Source: Candidatus Cloacimonadota bacterium
GTDB lineage: Bacteria > Cloacimonadota > Cloacimonadia > JGIOTU-2
Direction of reading: 5' to 3'
DNA length: 64,000 nt
Assembly (NCBI GenBank): GCA_030613025.1
Contig: JAUWMT010000008.1
Location: forward strand, 3,318 to 67,317
Shown: positions 20,871 to 30,695 of the stretch, piece after piece
How positions within the stretch are numbered: the first letter of the stretch is position 1
Layout of the letters: each line of letters opens with the position of its first letter
Position numbers and translations under genes: made by a program
The notes under the pieces: generated by a model
Database searches by the model: none
Told to the model about the DNA's origin: nothing
Seen by the model: the letters and a program-made list of their open reading frames with translations, nothing else

Positions 20871-22208
20871 TTGGATAATATCATGATAAAATATCAAGAA
20901 GCGATTGATACAATAATTTGGTCATTACCTTTTAAAAGGCTTGGAGGGAAAACACAAGTTTTTGTAAAAGGAATTCAAGATCACCATCGTGATAGACTCA
21001 CACATACTATTGAAGTAATGAATCTCTCAGAGAAACTGGCAGATGAGATTAACAAGAAAAATAAGAAGAAAAAGAAGAAAAAAATCGATATCGATTTATG
21101 TAAGGCTATTGCGCTTGCACATGATTTAGGGCATACACCTTTCGGCCATGCAGGGGAGGAAGCTTTACATATTGCACTATCAAATATTATAATTTTAGGA
21201 TGCAATAATATAAAAGGCTTACAAGGTTTTAATCATTATGAACAGGGGCTCGATGTAGTTTCATATATGTATTCAAAAGATACAACCAATAGTGGCAAGG
21301 GTTTATTTAAAAAAAATGTAAATAAAGAAATATGTAAAGGTATACTTCAGCATACATATTTTATAAATGGTTGCAAGTCAAAAGAAAATGCTGGTTTAAA
21401 TTATTTAATAAAAAACACCAAATATATAAAAATTATAACTAAAAAAGCAAAAAACCCATCTACTGAAGCCCAAATTGTAAGAATTTGTGACAAGATAGCG
21501 TTCATGATTTCCGATCTTGAAGACGGATTTATAGTAAATGCTATATCCATCTCAGATTTAAAAAAAATATCTCATAATTCTCATAATAATTTATTTAAAC
21601 AATTAAAAAAAGAAAACTTTGATTTTTCTGAACATAGAAGCTTTTTACGATGTCGAGAAAAAATTATAAAGCGATTGATTCAAGGTTGTGAAATAAGTGA
21701 TGATAAAATTAAATGTAAGCAGTCAGAGGTTATGGATGAGGTATATAAGGATATACAGGAAGGAATAATCTTTAAAAATTACTACGTTAAGAATGGTACT
21801 GAAAAAGGAAAATTAATTGTGAGTTGTTTATTCTGCCAATATTTGAGAAATCCAGAACTTATTGGGTTTCAATCATTTAGGTACAAATATCATGATCAAA
21901 GCCAGAGCTTTGATTGTAAAGAAGTTTCAAGTAAAATATCTTTTTACTCAAAATTAGAGGGTCATTATAATTTTTCTAATAATCAGGAAGTTCAAATTTA
22001 TTTATCTAAATGGTTCAAAATTAATAACTGTAGCGGCACAAACGTAGAGCAGGATTTTAAAAGGAATATTGTTGATGTTATTTGCGCTAAGGATTGGGTT
22101 GCAAGTTTAACCGATAGATATGCTGAAGAGTGTTATCATGAGCATGTTAATTGTTGGAAAAGTAAAGAGAAGTGGAAAAGATTAAATAGTACAGAAAATA
22201 TAAACTAA
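20871..22208 (+). CDS. dgt: dGTP triphosphohydrolase (HD family), cassette-borne
   Basis: FKRLGGKTQVF, RDRLTHTIEV, LAHDLGHTPFGHAGE, CDKIAFMISDLED, DWVASLTDRYA; start uncertain (TTG 20871 or ATG 20883). Confidence 0.85.
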   Translation: MDNIMIKYQEAIDTIIWSLPFKRLGGKTQVFVKGIQDHHRDRLTHTIEVMNLSEKLADEINKKNKKKKKKKIDIDLCKAIALAHDLGHTPFGHAGEEALHIALSNIIILGCNNIKGLQGFNHYEQGLDVVSYMYSKDTTNSGKGLFKKNVNKEICKGILQHTYFINGCKSKENAGLNYLIKNTKYIKIITKKAKNPSTEAQIVRICDKIAFMISDLEDGFIVNAISISDLKKISHNSHNNLFKQLKKENFDFSEHRSFLRCREKIIKRLIQGCEISDDKIKCKQSEVMDEVYKDIQEGIIFKNYYVKNGTEKGKLIVSCLFCQYLRNPELIGFQSFRYKYHDQSQSFDCKEVSSKISFYSKLEGHYNFSNNQEVQIYLSKWFKINNCSGTNVEQDFKRNIVDVICAKDWVASLTDRYAEECYHEHVNCWKSKEKWKRLNSTENIN

Positions 22209-22275
22209 AATAAAAAATTTATTAAAGAGAAGAATTTATCAATACAATTTTTATCTATTTTGATAGAAGAACAGC

Positions 22276-22377
22276 GCACAACAAAGCATATAAGCTGCGT
22301 CGCTTCGCTCCTTGGCCTACGGCACATTTTGCTTTCATTTCATTACAGCAAAACGTCTCATATACTAACCGTTATAT
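22276..22377 (+). mobile_element. attC site of the dGTPase cassette
   Basis: R'' GCACAAC to R' GTTATAT with an internal hairpin; cassette start GTTGTGCGC (20775) is the exact reverse complement of GCGCACAAC (22274-22282). Confidence 0.8.
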
Positions 22378-22425
22378 GAAAAAATTAAAAATTGTATTTT
22401 GGTTGTATGTATCCTTTGATAGGTT

Positions 22426-22707
22426 GTGAGAGAGGGTGATCTGATAAATATGAAGGTGCATTTTATTGATGTGAGGGAAGGGGACGCGATATTAGTACAG
22501 TATGAGGGGGAGAATTATTTGATCGACTCGGGGCGGAATTTGAGCTCGAACCAGCTGATTACTTATGTTGATTCGGTGGGGTTGCTGCTTACAGGGGAAA
22601 GCGAAACAGAAAATAACCAGTACCTTTTAGATGAATATGATCTTGATGTGGAAGTTTTGAAGGTTTCTCATCATGGAGCTTTTTACTCGTTCCTATCCGT
22701 CAGCTGA
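22426..22707 (+). pseudogene. ComEC/Rec2-like metallo-beta-lactamase-fold remnant
   Basis: HFIDVREGDAILV...YLIDSG joined almost directly to LLTGE...VLKVSHHG; the central HxHxDH region is absent. Confidence 0.7.
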
Positions 22708-22721
22708 CGGATAGGAACGAG
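22686..22721. repeat. 36-bp perfect palindrome (REP-like)
   Basis: CTCGTTCCTATCCGTCAG|CTGACGGATAGGAACGAG. Confidence 0.85.
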
Positions 22722-22890
22722 GTGTTAAAGAATCAGAAGAAAATCTGTGGCTGATTAAGGGTAATAAGCCCTCAAAAATCATCGTTTTTCCTATTGGATT
22801 GGGTCAAATTTCGCAATAAATTAATTGCAGAAAAATTTGACAACATTTTGTAGGAATTTCGAATGAAAAAAATAAATTCAGGAGGTGCAG

Positions 22891-24813
22891 ATGAAAAAAA
22901 TAGCTGTACTCTTATTTTTCTTGCTTCTCTCAACAACTGCTTTTGCTGCTTATCAGGTAGGGGATGTTGTTTCGAATTTTAGCTGGACTGATAACACCGG
23001 AACGTCACATACGATCTACGATCTCATCGACGCTGAAAAGGCGATCGTGTTTTTCTGGGGAGGTGCTGGTTGAGGTGGCTGTGTAGCGGCGGCGCCGCAA
23101 TTAGAAACTATCTGGCAAAACTACCAGGGAACAGGTCATTGCTATATTCTATCAGAAAACAATTGGACTTCCTATGGAGCAACTTATTATTATTCTTATG
23201 ATATCGATCCATACTATGGTCAATATGGAAATGGTTACATTCCGTATTTTGCTGTTATTGGTGGTGAGTATAAAGTGTTTTATACAAGTACTGGTGTGAG
23301 CGGTGTAAGCGCTGGACTTGATGCTGCGATCGCATCTCTAGGATTATATGCAAACTTTACTGCTAATATTACCCAGGGACCTCCGGAACTTACTGTGCAA
23401 TTCACAAGTACATCTTCTGGAAGCCCCGACACGTGGGAATGGGACTTCAATAATGATGATACGATTGACAGCCATGAAGAAAATCCTGTCTGGACGTACA
23501 CAGCAGTCGGTTCTTACGATGTTTCTCTTACTGTATTTGAAGGAGCTGATAGCGATGAACTCATACAAGAGGACTTTATCACTGTGTTAAGTCCCACAAA
23601 TATCTCCGGTCAACTCGCAGGAACGTGGTCACCCATTTATGGAACGTACACTATTACAGGAGATGTAACTGTTCCTGTAGGTACAGTTCTCTCGATTGAA
23701 CCAAGTACAAACATTGTCGCGAATAATAACAGCAAGATCCAGATTAATGGAAGAATTGAGGCACAAGGCTCTGAACGTGGATTGGTAAATTTCTCAACAG
23801 ACGATCAATGGAAAGGTATCAAGATCATTGATAGCCAGGAAGATAATTTGATCGATTATTGCTATTTTACGGGCTCAACAGAAAGTGCAGTGGATATTGA
23901 TAATTCAACTGTCGATGTGCTGAACAGCACTTTTTATGAGAATACAAACACCTCTCAAAAAGGACCTGCTATCAATGTGTTGGATGCAAGTGATGTACTT
24001 ATAGAAGGCAATGTTATTGCAAATAATTACAGCTCGGTGCTCACCGGTGGTATTGGACTTGATAATTCAGCTTGTGTGATCTCACACAATATCATTGTGA
24101 ATAACGAAGCAAACTTTGCAGGTGCGATCGGCATGAAGAATGGTTCTGATACATCACTTATCAATAATACAATTGCGAATAACCTGGCTAACTATGCGTG
24201 CATTTACATGCTTTCTTCCTATCCGAATGTGCTTAACACGATCATTATTCATGACGGTTTGATCTTCACAACCTTTAGCAGTAATCCAATTGTTAACTAT
24301 TCTTGTATCTCAGGCGGATATTCCGGAACAGGTAATATCAGCGATGATCCGCAGTTTGTGGATCCCACTGCTGGAGATGGAAATGCGTATAATGGCTTGA
24401 TTGCGTACTGGAGTTTGCAGTCAACTTCCCCATGTATCGATACCGGCGATCCTTCCTCACCTCCTGATCCAGATGGAACGATTGCAGATATGGGTGCGTT
24501 GTACTATCATCAGCAGGTTTCAAATGACGATCCTCATAGTAATATGATCTATGTCATGCAGAATTCACCAAATCCATTCAAGGGTTCTACTTCAATATCT
24601 TATTCTTTGCCGAAAAATTCTGAGAATGCTATTATCACTATCTATAACATAAAGGGTGACATGATAAAAGAATTCACACTTGATGATTCTGAAGGTGAGA
24701 TCGTGTGGAACGGGTTTGATCAGAATAATAAAGCAGTCGCAAGCGGAGTTTATTTCTATAGACTACAAGGAGATTCCATTTCCCGGACCAGATCAATGGT
24801 CTTCATGAAATAA
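22891..24813 (+). CDS. Secreted selenoprotein, 640 aa: redoxin-like domain (U61-G-G-C64), PKD domain, parallel beta-helix, C-terminal sorting domain
   Basis: ORFs 22885-23073 and 23275-24813 are in one frame separated only by TGA 23071-23073; read-through gives VFFWGGAG-U-GGC-VAAAPQLE; AGGAGG RBS; signal peptide; adjacent selC/selA/selB. Confidence 0.88.
23074..23103 (+). promoter_or_regulatory. Candidate bacterial SECIS element
   Basis: GCGGC-GGC-GCCGC hairpin (23086-23098) starting 12 nt after the UGA, with a G-rich loop. Confidence 0.55.
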
Positions 24814-24844
24814 CGTATTTCAAAAAAATAGAATAGCTTTCGGT

Positions 24845-24939
24845 TGAGAGGAAGGAACTGGTGTTCCAGCTGGTCTTCAAAATCAGTAGTGTGCGGATAA
24901 CACCGTTCATGGCAGGTTCGATTCCTGCCCTCTCGGCCA
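24845..24939 (+). tRNA. selC: tRNA-Sec (anticodon UCA)
   Basis: D-arm GGAAC-TGGT-GTTCC; anticodon arm CTGGT-CTTCAAA-ATCAG; long variable arm; T-arm GCAGG-TTCGATT-CCTGC; ends G-CCA; directly upstream of selA. Confidence 0.95.
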
Positions 24940-24966
24940 TTTTTTTATTTAAAAATAGGATATAAA

Positions 24967-26352
24967 ATGGATAAGAACGAACTTAAAAAAATTCCCGGAG
25001 TGGATACATTGATGAAGAACTCCGCAATCAAAAACCTCATTTCTGAATTTGGTGAAAATCTTACAGTTTTCTCGATCAGGCAAGTACTAAGTGATATTAG
25101 AGACTCAGTTCTTAAAGGAAAAAAAATTCCATCTGATGATAGAATGCTCACACTAATAAAGCAAAGAGTATATCATATTGGAATATGCTCATTAAAGCCA
25201 ATGATCAATGCGACGGGTGTTGTACTGCATACAAATCTTGGACGTGCCCCTTTGGGTTCTGCACTCACGGAAGAGGTTGCAAAAATAATTGGGGGGTATT
25301 CAAATCTTGAGTTCGATCTTGAAAAGGGGAAGCGGGGTCACAGAGAAGACCATATTACTGATCTTATTACTTTTATTACAGGCGCAGAAGATGCAGTTGT
25401 AGTAAATAATAATGCTGCCGGCGTTTATCTGTCGCTAAAAACCTTTTGTGAAAACAAGGAAGTAGTAATTTCACGAGGTGAGCTTATTGAGATCGGCGGC
25501 TCATTCCGAATACCGGACATCATACAGCAGAGCGGTGCAAAAATGGTGGAAGTCGGTACAACAAACAGGACACGGATCTCAAATTATGAAGCAGCGCTCA
25601 CGGAAGAAACTACGGTATTATTCAAAGCTCATAAATCCAATTATTATATTCAGGGATTTTCCGAAGAAGTAGAGATCGAAGCATTGGCTGAACTGGCTCA
25701 TGCTCATGGACTTGTTTGCATCTATGATTTGGGATCAGGACTGCTGCGTAAGCCGAAAGGGTTACCTCTGAACACAGAGCCGGATGTTATATCTGCACTA
25801 CAGTCAGGAGCGGATCTCGTGATGTTCAGTTGTGATAAACTGCTCGGCGGTCCTCAATCGGGCATTATTGCCGGAAAAAAGAAGTACATCCAAAAATTGA
25901 GGAAGTCGCCGCTTATGCGTGTGCTTCGTGTGGGTAAAATGACCCTTGCAGCACTTTCTACAGTGCTCCGCTGCTATTTGAAAGATGAAACTCTTCTTGA
26001 AAACGTACCTGTTTTTCGCATGCTGGATCAGACAAAAGATGAGCTTCGAGAAAAAGCAGAAAAATTCTCCGAACTCCTGAAAAAAGAGAAGATTTCCAAT
26101 AAGATTATTAAGAATACTGCACGTTGCGGTGGGGGAACTCTTCCGCAGGTTGAAATTTCCAGCTATGCAGTACAGCTCGGTCTTACAAAAACTAAGATTT
26201 CTCCCGAGCAGCTATATCATAAATTGCTACAATTAGATAAACCGATCCTTGGCATTCTCAGAGAAGGTTCGTTACTTTTTGATATGTTTACTCTTGGTAA
26301 AGTTCAGACAACCGAAATTGCAAAGCAGATCAAGAAAATGATCCAAACATAA
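24967..26352 (+). CDS. selA: L-seryl-tRNA(Sec) selenium transferase
   Basis: INATGVVLHTNLGRAP, VVNNNAA, SRGELIEIGGSFRIP, DKLLGGPQ. Confidence 0.97.
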   Translation: MDKNELKKIPGVDTLMKNSAIKNLISEFGENLTVFSIRQVLSDIRDSVLKGKKIPSDDRMLTLIKQRVYHIGICSLKPMINATGVVLHTNLGRAPLGSALTEEVAKIIGGYSNLEFDLEKGKRGHREDHITDLITFITGAEDAVVVNNNAAGVYLSLKTFCENKEVVISRGELIEIGGSFRIPDIIQQSGAKMVEVGTTNRTRISNYEAALTEETTVLFKAHKSNYYIQGFSEEVEIEALAELAHAHGLVCIYDLGSGLLRKPKGLPLNTEPDVISALQSGADLVMFSCDKLLGGPQSGIIAGKKKYIQKLRKSPLMRVLRVGKMTLAALSTVLRCYLKDETLLENVPVFRMLDQTKDELREKAEKFSELLKKEKISNKIIKNTARCGGGTLPQVEISSYAVQLGLTKTKISPEQLYHKLLQLDKPILGILREGSLLFDMFTLGKVQTTEIAKQIKKMIQT

Positions 26353-26353
26353 C

Positions 26354-28291
26354 ATGAAACATTTGATAATGGGCACAGCCGGTCATGTTGACCACGGGAA
26401 AACTGCGCTCATAAAAGCACTTACAAATTTTGATTGCGATACGCACAAAGACGAAAAGCAGCGCGGAATAACGATCCATCTCGGCTTTACACACCTCGAT
26501 CTGCCAAATGAGAACAGCATTGGCATTATCGATGTACCCGGGCATAAAGATTTTATCAATACTATGATCTCAGGCGCCAGTACCATTGATTTTGTGCTTT
26601 TTACAATTGCTGCAGACAGCAGTATCATGCCGCAAACAAGGGAGCATCTGCACATCATGGAGTTACTTGGGATCAAGAACGGCATAATTGCTCTCACAAA
26701 AAGTGATACGGTCGATGAAGAAATTTTAGAACTCGTTGAACTTGAGATAAGTGAATTCGTTTCCGGCACTTTCCTGGAAAATGCACCAATTATCAGAACT
26801 TCAGTCAAAGATAATACCGGCATCGAGGAGTTGTTGCGGGAACTGGAAAAAGTTACAGAACACATTGAGCAGCGTTCGGGCGGATGTTTTTTCAGAATGT
26901 ATATCGATAGAATATTCAGTGTGCAGGGATTTGGGACAGTGATCAACGGGTCTGTATTGCAGGGAAAAGCAACGAAAACGACTCCATTATATTTGCTTCC
27001 AGTAAACAAAGAGTTGCGGATCAGAAAGCTCGAACACCACGGGCAGGAAGTTCAAGAAATATATTCAGGACAGAGGGCTTCTCTTAACGTGGTCGGATTA
27101 GATATTCAGGATTTCACAAGGGGAATGCTGGTTTCTGAGAGGGTGATCAAGCCAACAAAAATAATCGATGCAGAACTCACTTTGTTTGAACACGAGAGAA
27201 CATTGGAGGTATGGAATCATGCACTCTTTCTTATGGGAACTTTTGAAGACCAGGCAAGAATACATCTGCTCGATAAGGACATTTTGCAGAGTGGAGAGAC
27301 CGGACTGGTACAGATCCATTTTGAAAAAGAGTGTTTTCCCATTTTTGGAGACTCTTTTATCATAAGAAGTACTTCTAGCGATATCACACTTGGTGGTGGA
27401 AAGATTCTCGATGCATATCCTCTTCATCATAAAAAGAGAACTCACAAGGTAATTCAACATCTTCAGCTTATTGCAAGCGGCGGTTTGCCTGCATTTCTGG
27501 CAGCAGAAGTGAGAAAACAACCCCACGCAGTTTCTCTTGCATACCTGGCTGAAATATCTAACAAAACCGACAAAGAGCTTCTTGAGATCATTAGAAAATC
27601 ATTTCCTGAAGATATTGAAACAAGGGAGTTTAACAAAGAATTGTTGCTCATCACACGCTGCATGATTGACCTTATACGAGCAGAAATAATTAAACTCCTT
27701 ACCGCTCATCATAAAGAAAATCCACTCATCAAAAAAGGAAAAACTTTCGATGAAATGTGCAGTATGTTGAATATGAAAAATGCCAATGACAGTACGCTAT
27801 TGGGAATACTATTAGAAGAAATGGTTCGGGATAACCAGCTTGCCAAAGTTAATGGAACTTTTGCCCTTTTAGATAGGGCAGTCACACTTTCGCATGAGGA
27901 AATGCAGAAGATTGAAAAAGTAGATCAGTACTTGCTGAATTTCGGAATGAAAGTGCCGATGATAAATGAGATAAGAGCATTTGCAGAAGGCGAGCAGATC
28001 TCGTCAAAAGAGTTGAATAATATCCTCAGCTATCTTATCGAAAATAAAAAAGTCTTAACAATTGAGGGTTCGTTCATTCATGCTGAGATCATAAAAAAAG
28101 CGGAGAAGGTTTTGTTGCAGCATTTCAAGAAAAATGACAAGCTGATCCTTGCTGATTTTCGTGACCAGTTACAAGCAAACAGAAAGATCTGCCTGCTGCT
28201 TCTCTCCTATTTTGATGATAAGGGATGGACGGTTCGTAAAGGGGATTATCGTATATTATCCGAAAAAGGAAAACAATTATTGAGCAGATAG
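26354..28291 (+). CDS. selB: Selenocysteine-specific elongation factor
   Basis: [26 protein letters not shown]-terminal winged-helix end FRD...RK...YFD. Confidence 0.96.
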   Translation: MKHLIMGTAGHVDHGKTALIKALTNFDCDTHKDEKQRGITIHLGFTHLDLPNENSIGIIDVPGHKDFINTMISGASTIDFVLFTIAADSSIMPQTREHLHIMELLGIKNGIIALTKSDTVDEEILELVELEISEFVSGTFLENAPIIRTSVKDNTGIEELLRELEKVTEHIEQRSGGCFFRMYIDRIFSVQGFGTVINGSVLQGKATKTTPLYLLPVNKELRIRKLEHHGQEVQEIYSGQRASLNVVGLDIQDFTRGMLVSERVIKPTKIIDAELTLFEHERTLEVWNHALFLMGTFEDQARIHLLDKDILQSGETGLVQIHFEKECFPIFGDSFIIRSTSSDITLGGGKILDAYPLHHKKRTHKVIQHLQLIASGGLPAFLAAEVRKQPHAVSLAYLAEISNKTDKELLEIIRKSFPEDIETREFNKELLLITRCMIDLIRAEIIKLLTAHHKENPLIKKGKTFDEMCSMLNMKNANDSTLLGILLEEMVRDNQLAKVNGTFALLDRAVTLSHEEMQKIEKVDQYLLNFGMKVPMINEIRAFAEGEQISSKELNNILSYLIENKKVLTIEGSFIHAEIIKKAEKVLLQHFKKNDKLILADFRDQLQANRKICLLLLSYFDDKGWTVRKGDYRILSEKGKQLLSR

Positions 28292-28333
28292 AAATGTGAT
28301 ACGAAATTGATTTTGAATAAAGGAAAAAAATTA

Positions 28334-29170
28334 ATGAAGCTAAAGAAACATTTAATAGATTTTAACAACCTGATAGAGTTTAGTGATCAAATTCAATCAG
28401 GAGTAAAAGAAAAAATTATTAGATATATCAATGAAAATGATGAGATTTATTTAATTACAGATAATAATCTCTATCTCGGTTTCATTCATTTAGAAATTTT
28501 TAATAAAAAAATATCAATAAAATTGTATTTAAGTTCTAATTGGAAAGGTGATTTTAATGAGCAACTATTTGATAATATTTCAGAATTGATAAAAAATAGT
28601 AATCAAAACTATTTAACATTTTTACATTGCTTCGATTCGAAGAATATTCTAAATAGACTCAAGGGGATTGATTTTATGCATCAATATGAATGCAATGAAA
28701 ATTTTCATAAACCTAATCCTAAGTTAAATTCAAATTTCACAATTTCAAAAAACATAAGTGATTATAAAGAGTTGATTGATTTTCATTATCTCTGTTATTC
28801 TGATGATAAAGATTATATGAACAGTAATTGGGAAAACATACTTCAATCGTTTCATAAAGCACCAATTCCAAAAATCATCTATATTTGTCATAATAAAGAC
28901 AATATTATTGGTTCCTGTATTGGTTATTTAATTCCAAAGAAAAATATGAAATATCTCTATTCAATCTGTGTTCATCCTGATTATAGAGGGAAATTGATTG
29001 GAGAATATTTGCTGCAATTATTTCTTTCAACCGAGCCCTTGATTTCTTGTTATTTAACAGTCTATGAATCTGCGAAACCAGCTGTAAATCTTTATGAAAA
29101 ATTTGGATTTATGAGAATAAAAACTGTTGAAGCAATAATAAGAAATGATGTTAAAATTAGTATTGAATAA
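28334..29170 (+). CDS. GNAT-family acetyltransferase, probably cassette-derived
   Basis: SICVHPDYRGKLIG and AVNLYEKFGF; very AT-rich; followed by attC-like GTATAAC at 29174. Confidence 0.75.
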   Translation: MKLKKHLIDFNNLIEFSDQIQSGVKEKIIRYINENDEIYLITDNNLYLGFIHLEIFNKKISIKLYLSSNWKGDFNEQLFDNISELIKNSNQNYLTFLHCFDSKNILNRLKGIDFMHQYECNENFHKPNPKLNSNFTISKNISDYKELIDFHYLCYSDDKDYMNSNWENILQSFHKAPIPKIIYICHNKDNIIGSCIGYLIPKKNMKYLYSICVHPDYRGKLIGEYLLQLFLSTEPLISCYLTVYESAKPAVNLYEKFGFMRIKTVEAIIRNDVKISIE

Positions 29171-29173
29171 TTC

Positions 29174-29256
29174 GTATAACAATGCCTCTGCGGTTGGCTT
29201 CGTGGTTTGTTTGGGACGTAATCCTTCTAAATTCGTAGCACGCTTAACCGTTAACA
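29174..29256 (+). mobile_element. Degenerate attC-like site
   Basis: R'' GTATAAC just after the stop codon; CGGTTGGC...GCTTAACCG arms; TTCGTATAAC matches GTGATACGAA (28296) with one mismatch. Confidence 0.45.
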
Positions 29257-29498
29257 CACGATCTGTCCACTCAGCGGATCGTAATTTTGAGAAGTATATT
29301 GAAATACAAAAAAGTTAATGCTATAAGTACGTTGAATCATGCAGAAGTAAAAACGCTGAATGGAAAAATTTGTTTGAAGGATGGTATGATTAAAATAAAT
29401 ATGGAGCTTATTAAATTTAGGTCATTTCCACGAAAGTGGGAATATCATAATTTAAAGATGGAAAAAGCATAATAATCTTAGAAGATCCATAAAGAATA

Positions 29499-30584
29499 AT
29501 GAAATCCGAGAAGCCCATTCGAAAGATCATTCATATAGACATGGATGCTTTCTTTGCAGCAGTGGAAGTGCGTGATCATCCTGAATATAAAGGGAAACCT
29601 CTTATAGTAGGCGGTGATCCGAACAGTAGGGGAGTTGTCGCCACGTGTTCCTATGAAGCCCGAAAATACGGCATCCATTCTGCAATGGCGAGCGCTGTGG
29701 CATACAGACTCTGTCCACATGCCATCTTCGTGCACGGCAGGCATGAGGTGTATAGTCAGGTTTCGAAGCAAATAAGAAAAATTTTTGTTGAGTATTCTCA
29801 CCTTGTCGAACCTGTCTCCATCGATGAGGCATATCTTGATGTGACCTATAATAAGAAAGGTATGAAATCAGCAACACTTATTGCAAAAGATATAAAGAAA
29901 AGGATTTATCAAGAAACAGGATTGACTGCTTCTGCAGGTGTGTCTTATAATATGTTCCTTGCAAAAATTGCTTCTGATATGGATAAGCCGGATGGGCTGG
30001 TAGTCATTCTTCCAGATAAAGCAAAAGAAGTGCTGGAAGGGCTTCCCATCGGAAAATTCTACGGTATCGGCAAAGTGACAGAAAAGAAAATGCAGATGCT
30101 GGGCATTCATACAGGAAAGGATTTGAAAGCCCAGACTCTCGAAGAATTAGTACGTCTTTTCGGAAAAGTCGGAAAATATTATTACTACATCGTAAGGGGA
30201 ATTGATAAAAGAGAAGTCACAACCGAACGGGAAATAAAATCAATTGGTCATGAGAATACCTTTGCAAAAGATATCGATGACATGCACGAAATGAAGGAAT
30301 ATTTGGAAAAATGTGCTGCGAAAATTGAAGAACGATTGAAGAAGCATAATGTCGCCGGACGAACGATAACTCTAAAAATAAGATACCCGGATTTCTATCG
30401 GGCGACAAGAAGTAGAACGATACTCAAACCGACACAAGATAAAGAGGTTATCATCAGCACAGTCAATTCTCTCTTGGAGGAAACGCTTGTGAAAAAATGC
30501 AGTATAAGATTGCTCGGGATAAGCGTTTCAAAGCTTGAGAAAGACGAGATCAATCTTCCATATCAGCTTACTTTAAAACTATAA
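29499..30584 (+). CDS. dinB: DNA polymerase IV
   Basis: IIHIDMDAFFAAVE, SYEARKYGIHSAM, SIDEAYLD, KIASDMDKPDG. Confidence 0.96.
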   Translation: MKSEKPIRKIIHIDMDAFFAAVEVRDHPEYKGKPLIVGGDPNSRGVVATCSYEARKYGIHSAMASAVAYRLCPHAIFVHGRHEVYSQVSKQIRKIFVEYSHLVEPVSIDEAYLDVTYNKKGMKSATLIAKDIKKRIYQETGLTASAGVSYNMFLAKIASDMDKPDGLVVILPDKAKEVLEGLPIGKFYGIGKVTEKKMQMLGIHTGKDLKAQTLEELVRLFGKVGKYYYYIVRGIDKREVTTEREIKSIGHENTFAKDIDDMHEMKEYLEKCAAKIEERLKKHNVAGRTITLKIRYPDFYRATRSRTILKPTQDKEVIISTVNSLLEETLVKKCSIRLLGISVSKLEKDEINLPYQLTLKL

Positions 30585-30695
30585 CAAAAAAAATACATTG
30601 AAGGATAGCTAAAAAAAGTGGCAGGTAGAATAAAAAAAATCACAGACCTTGACGTTAAAATTCTATAGAAAACCATTTTATCACACGGAGGTTCC

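Noticed and set aside
22885..23073. Stand-alone 62-aa ORF, or genome-wide UGA reassignment to Trp/Gly
   Set aside because: The frame continues to 24813; other genes (2637, 32201, 46944, 49272, 58114) end normally at TGA, so recoding is site-specific
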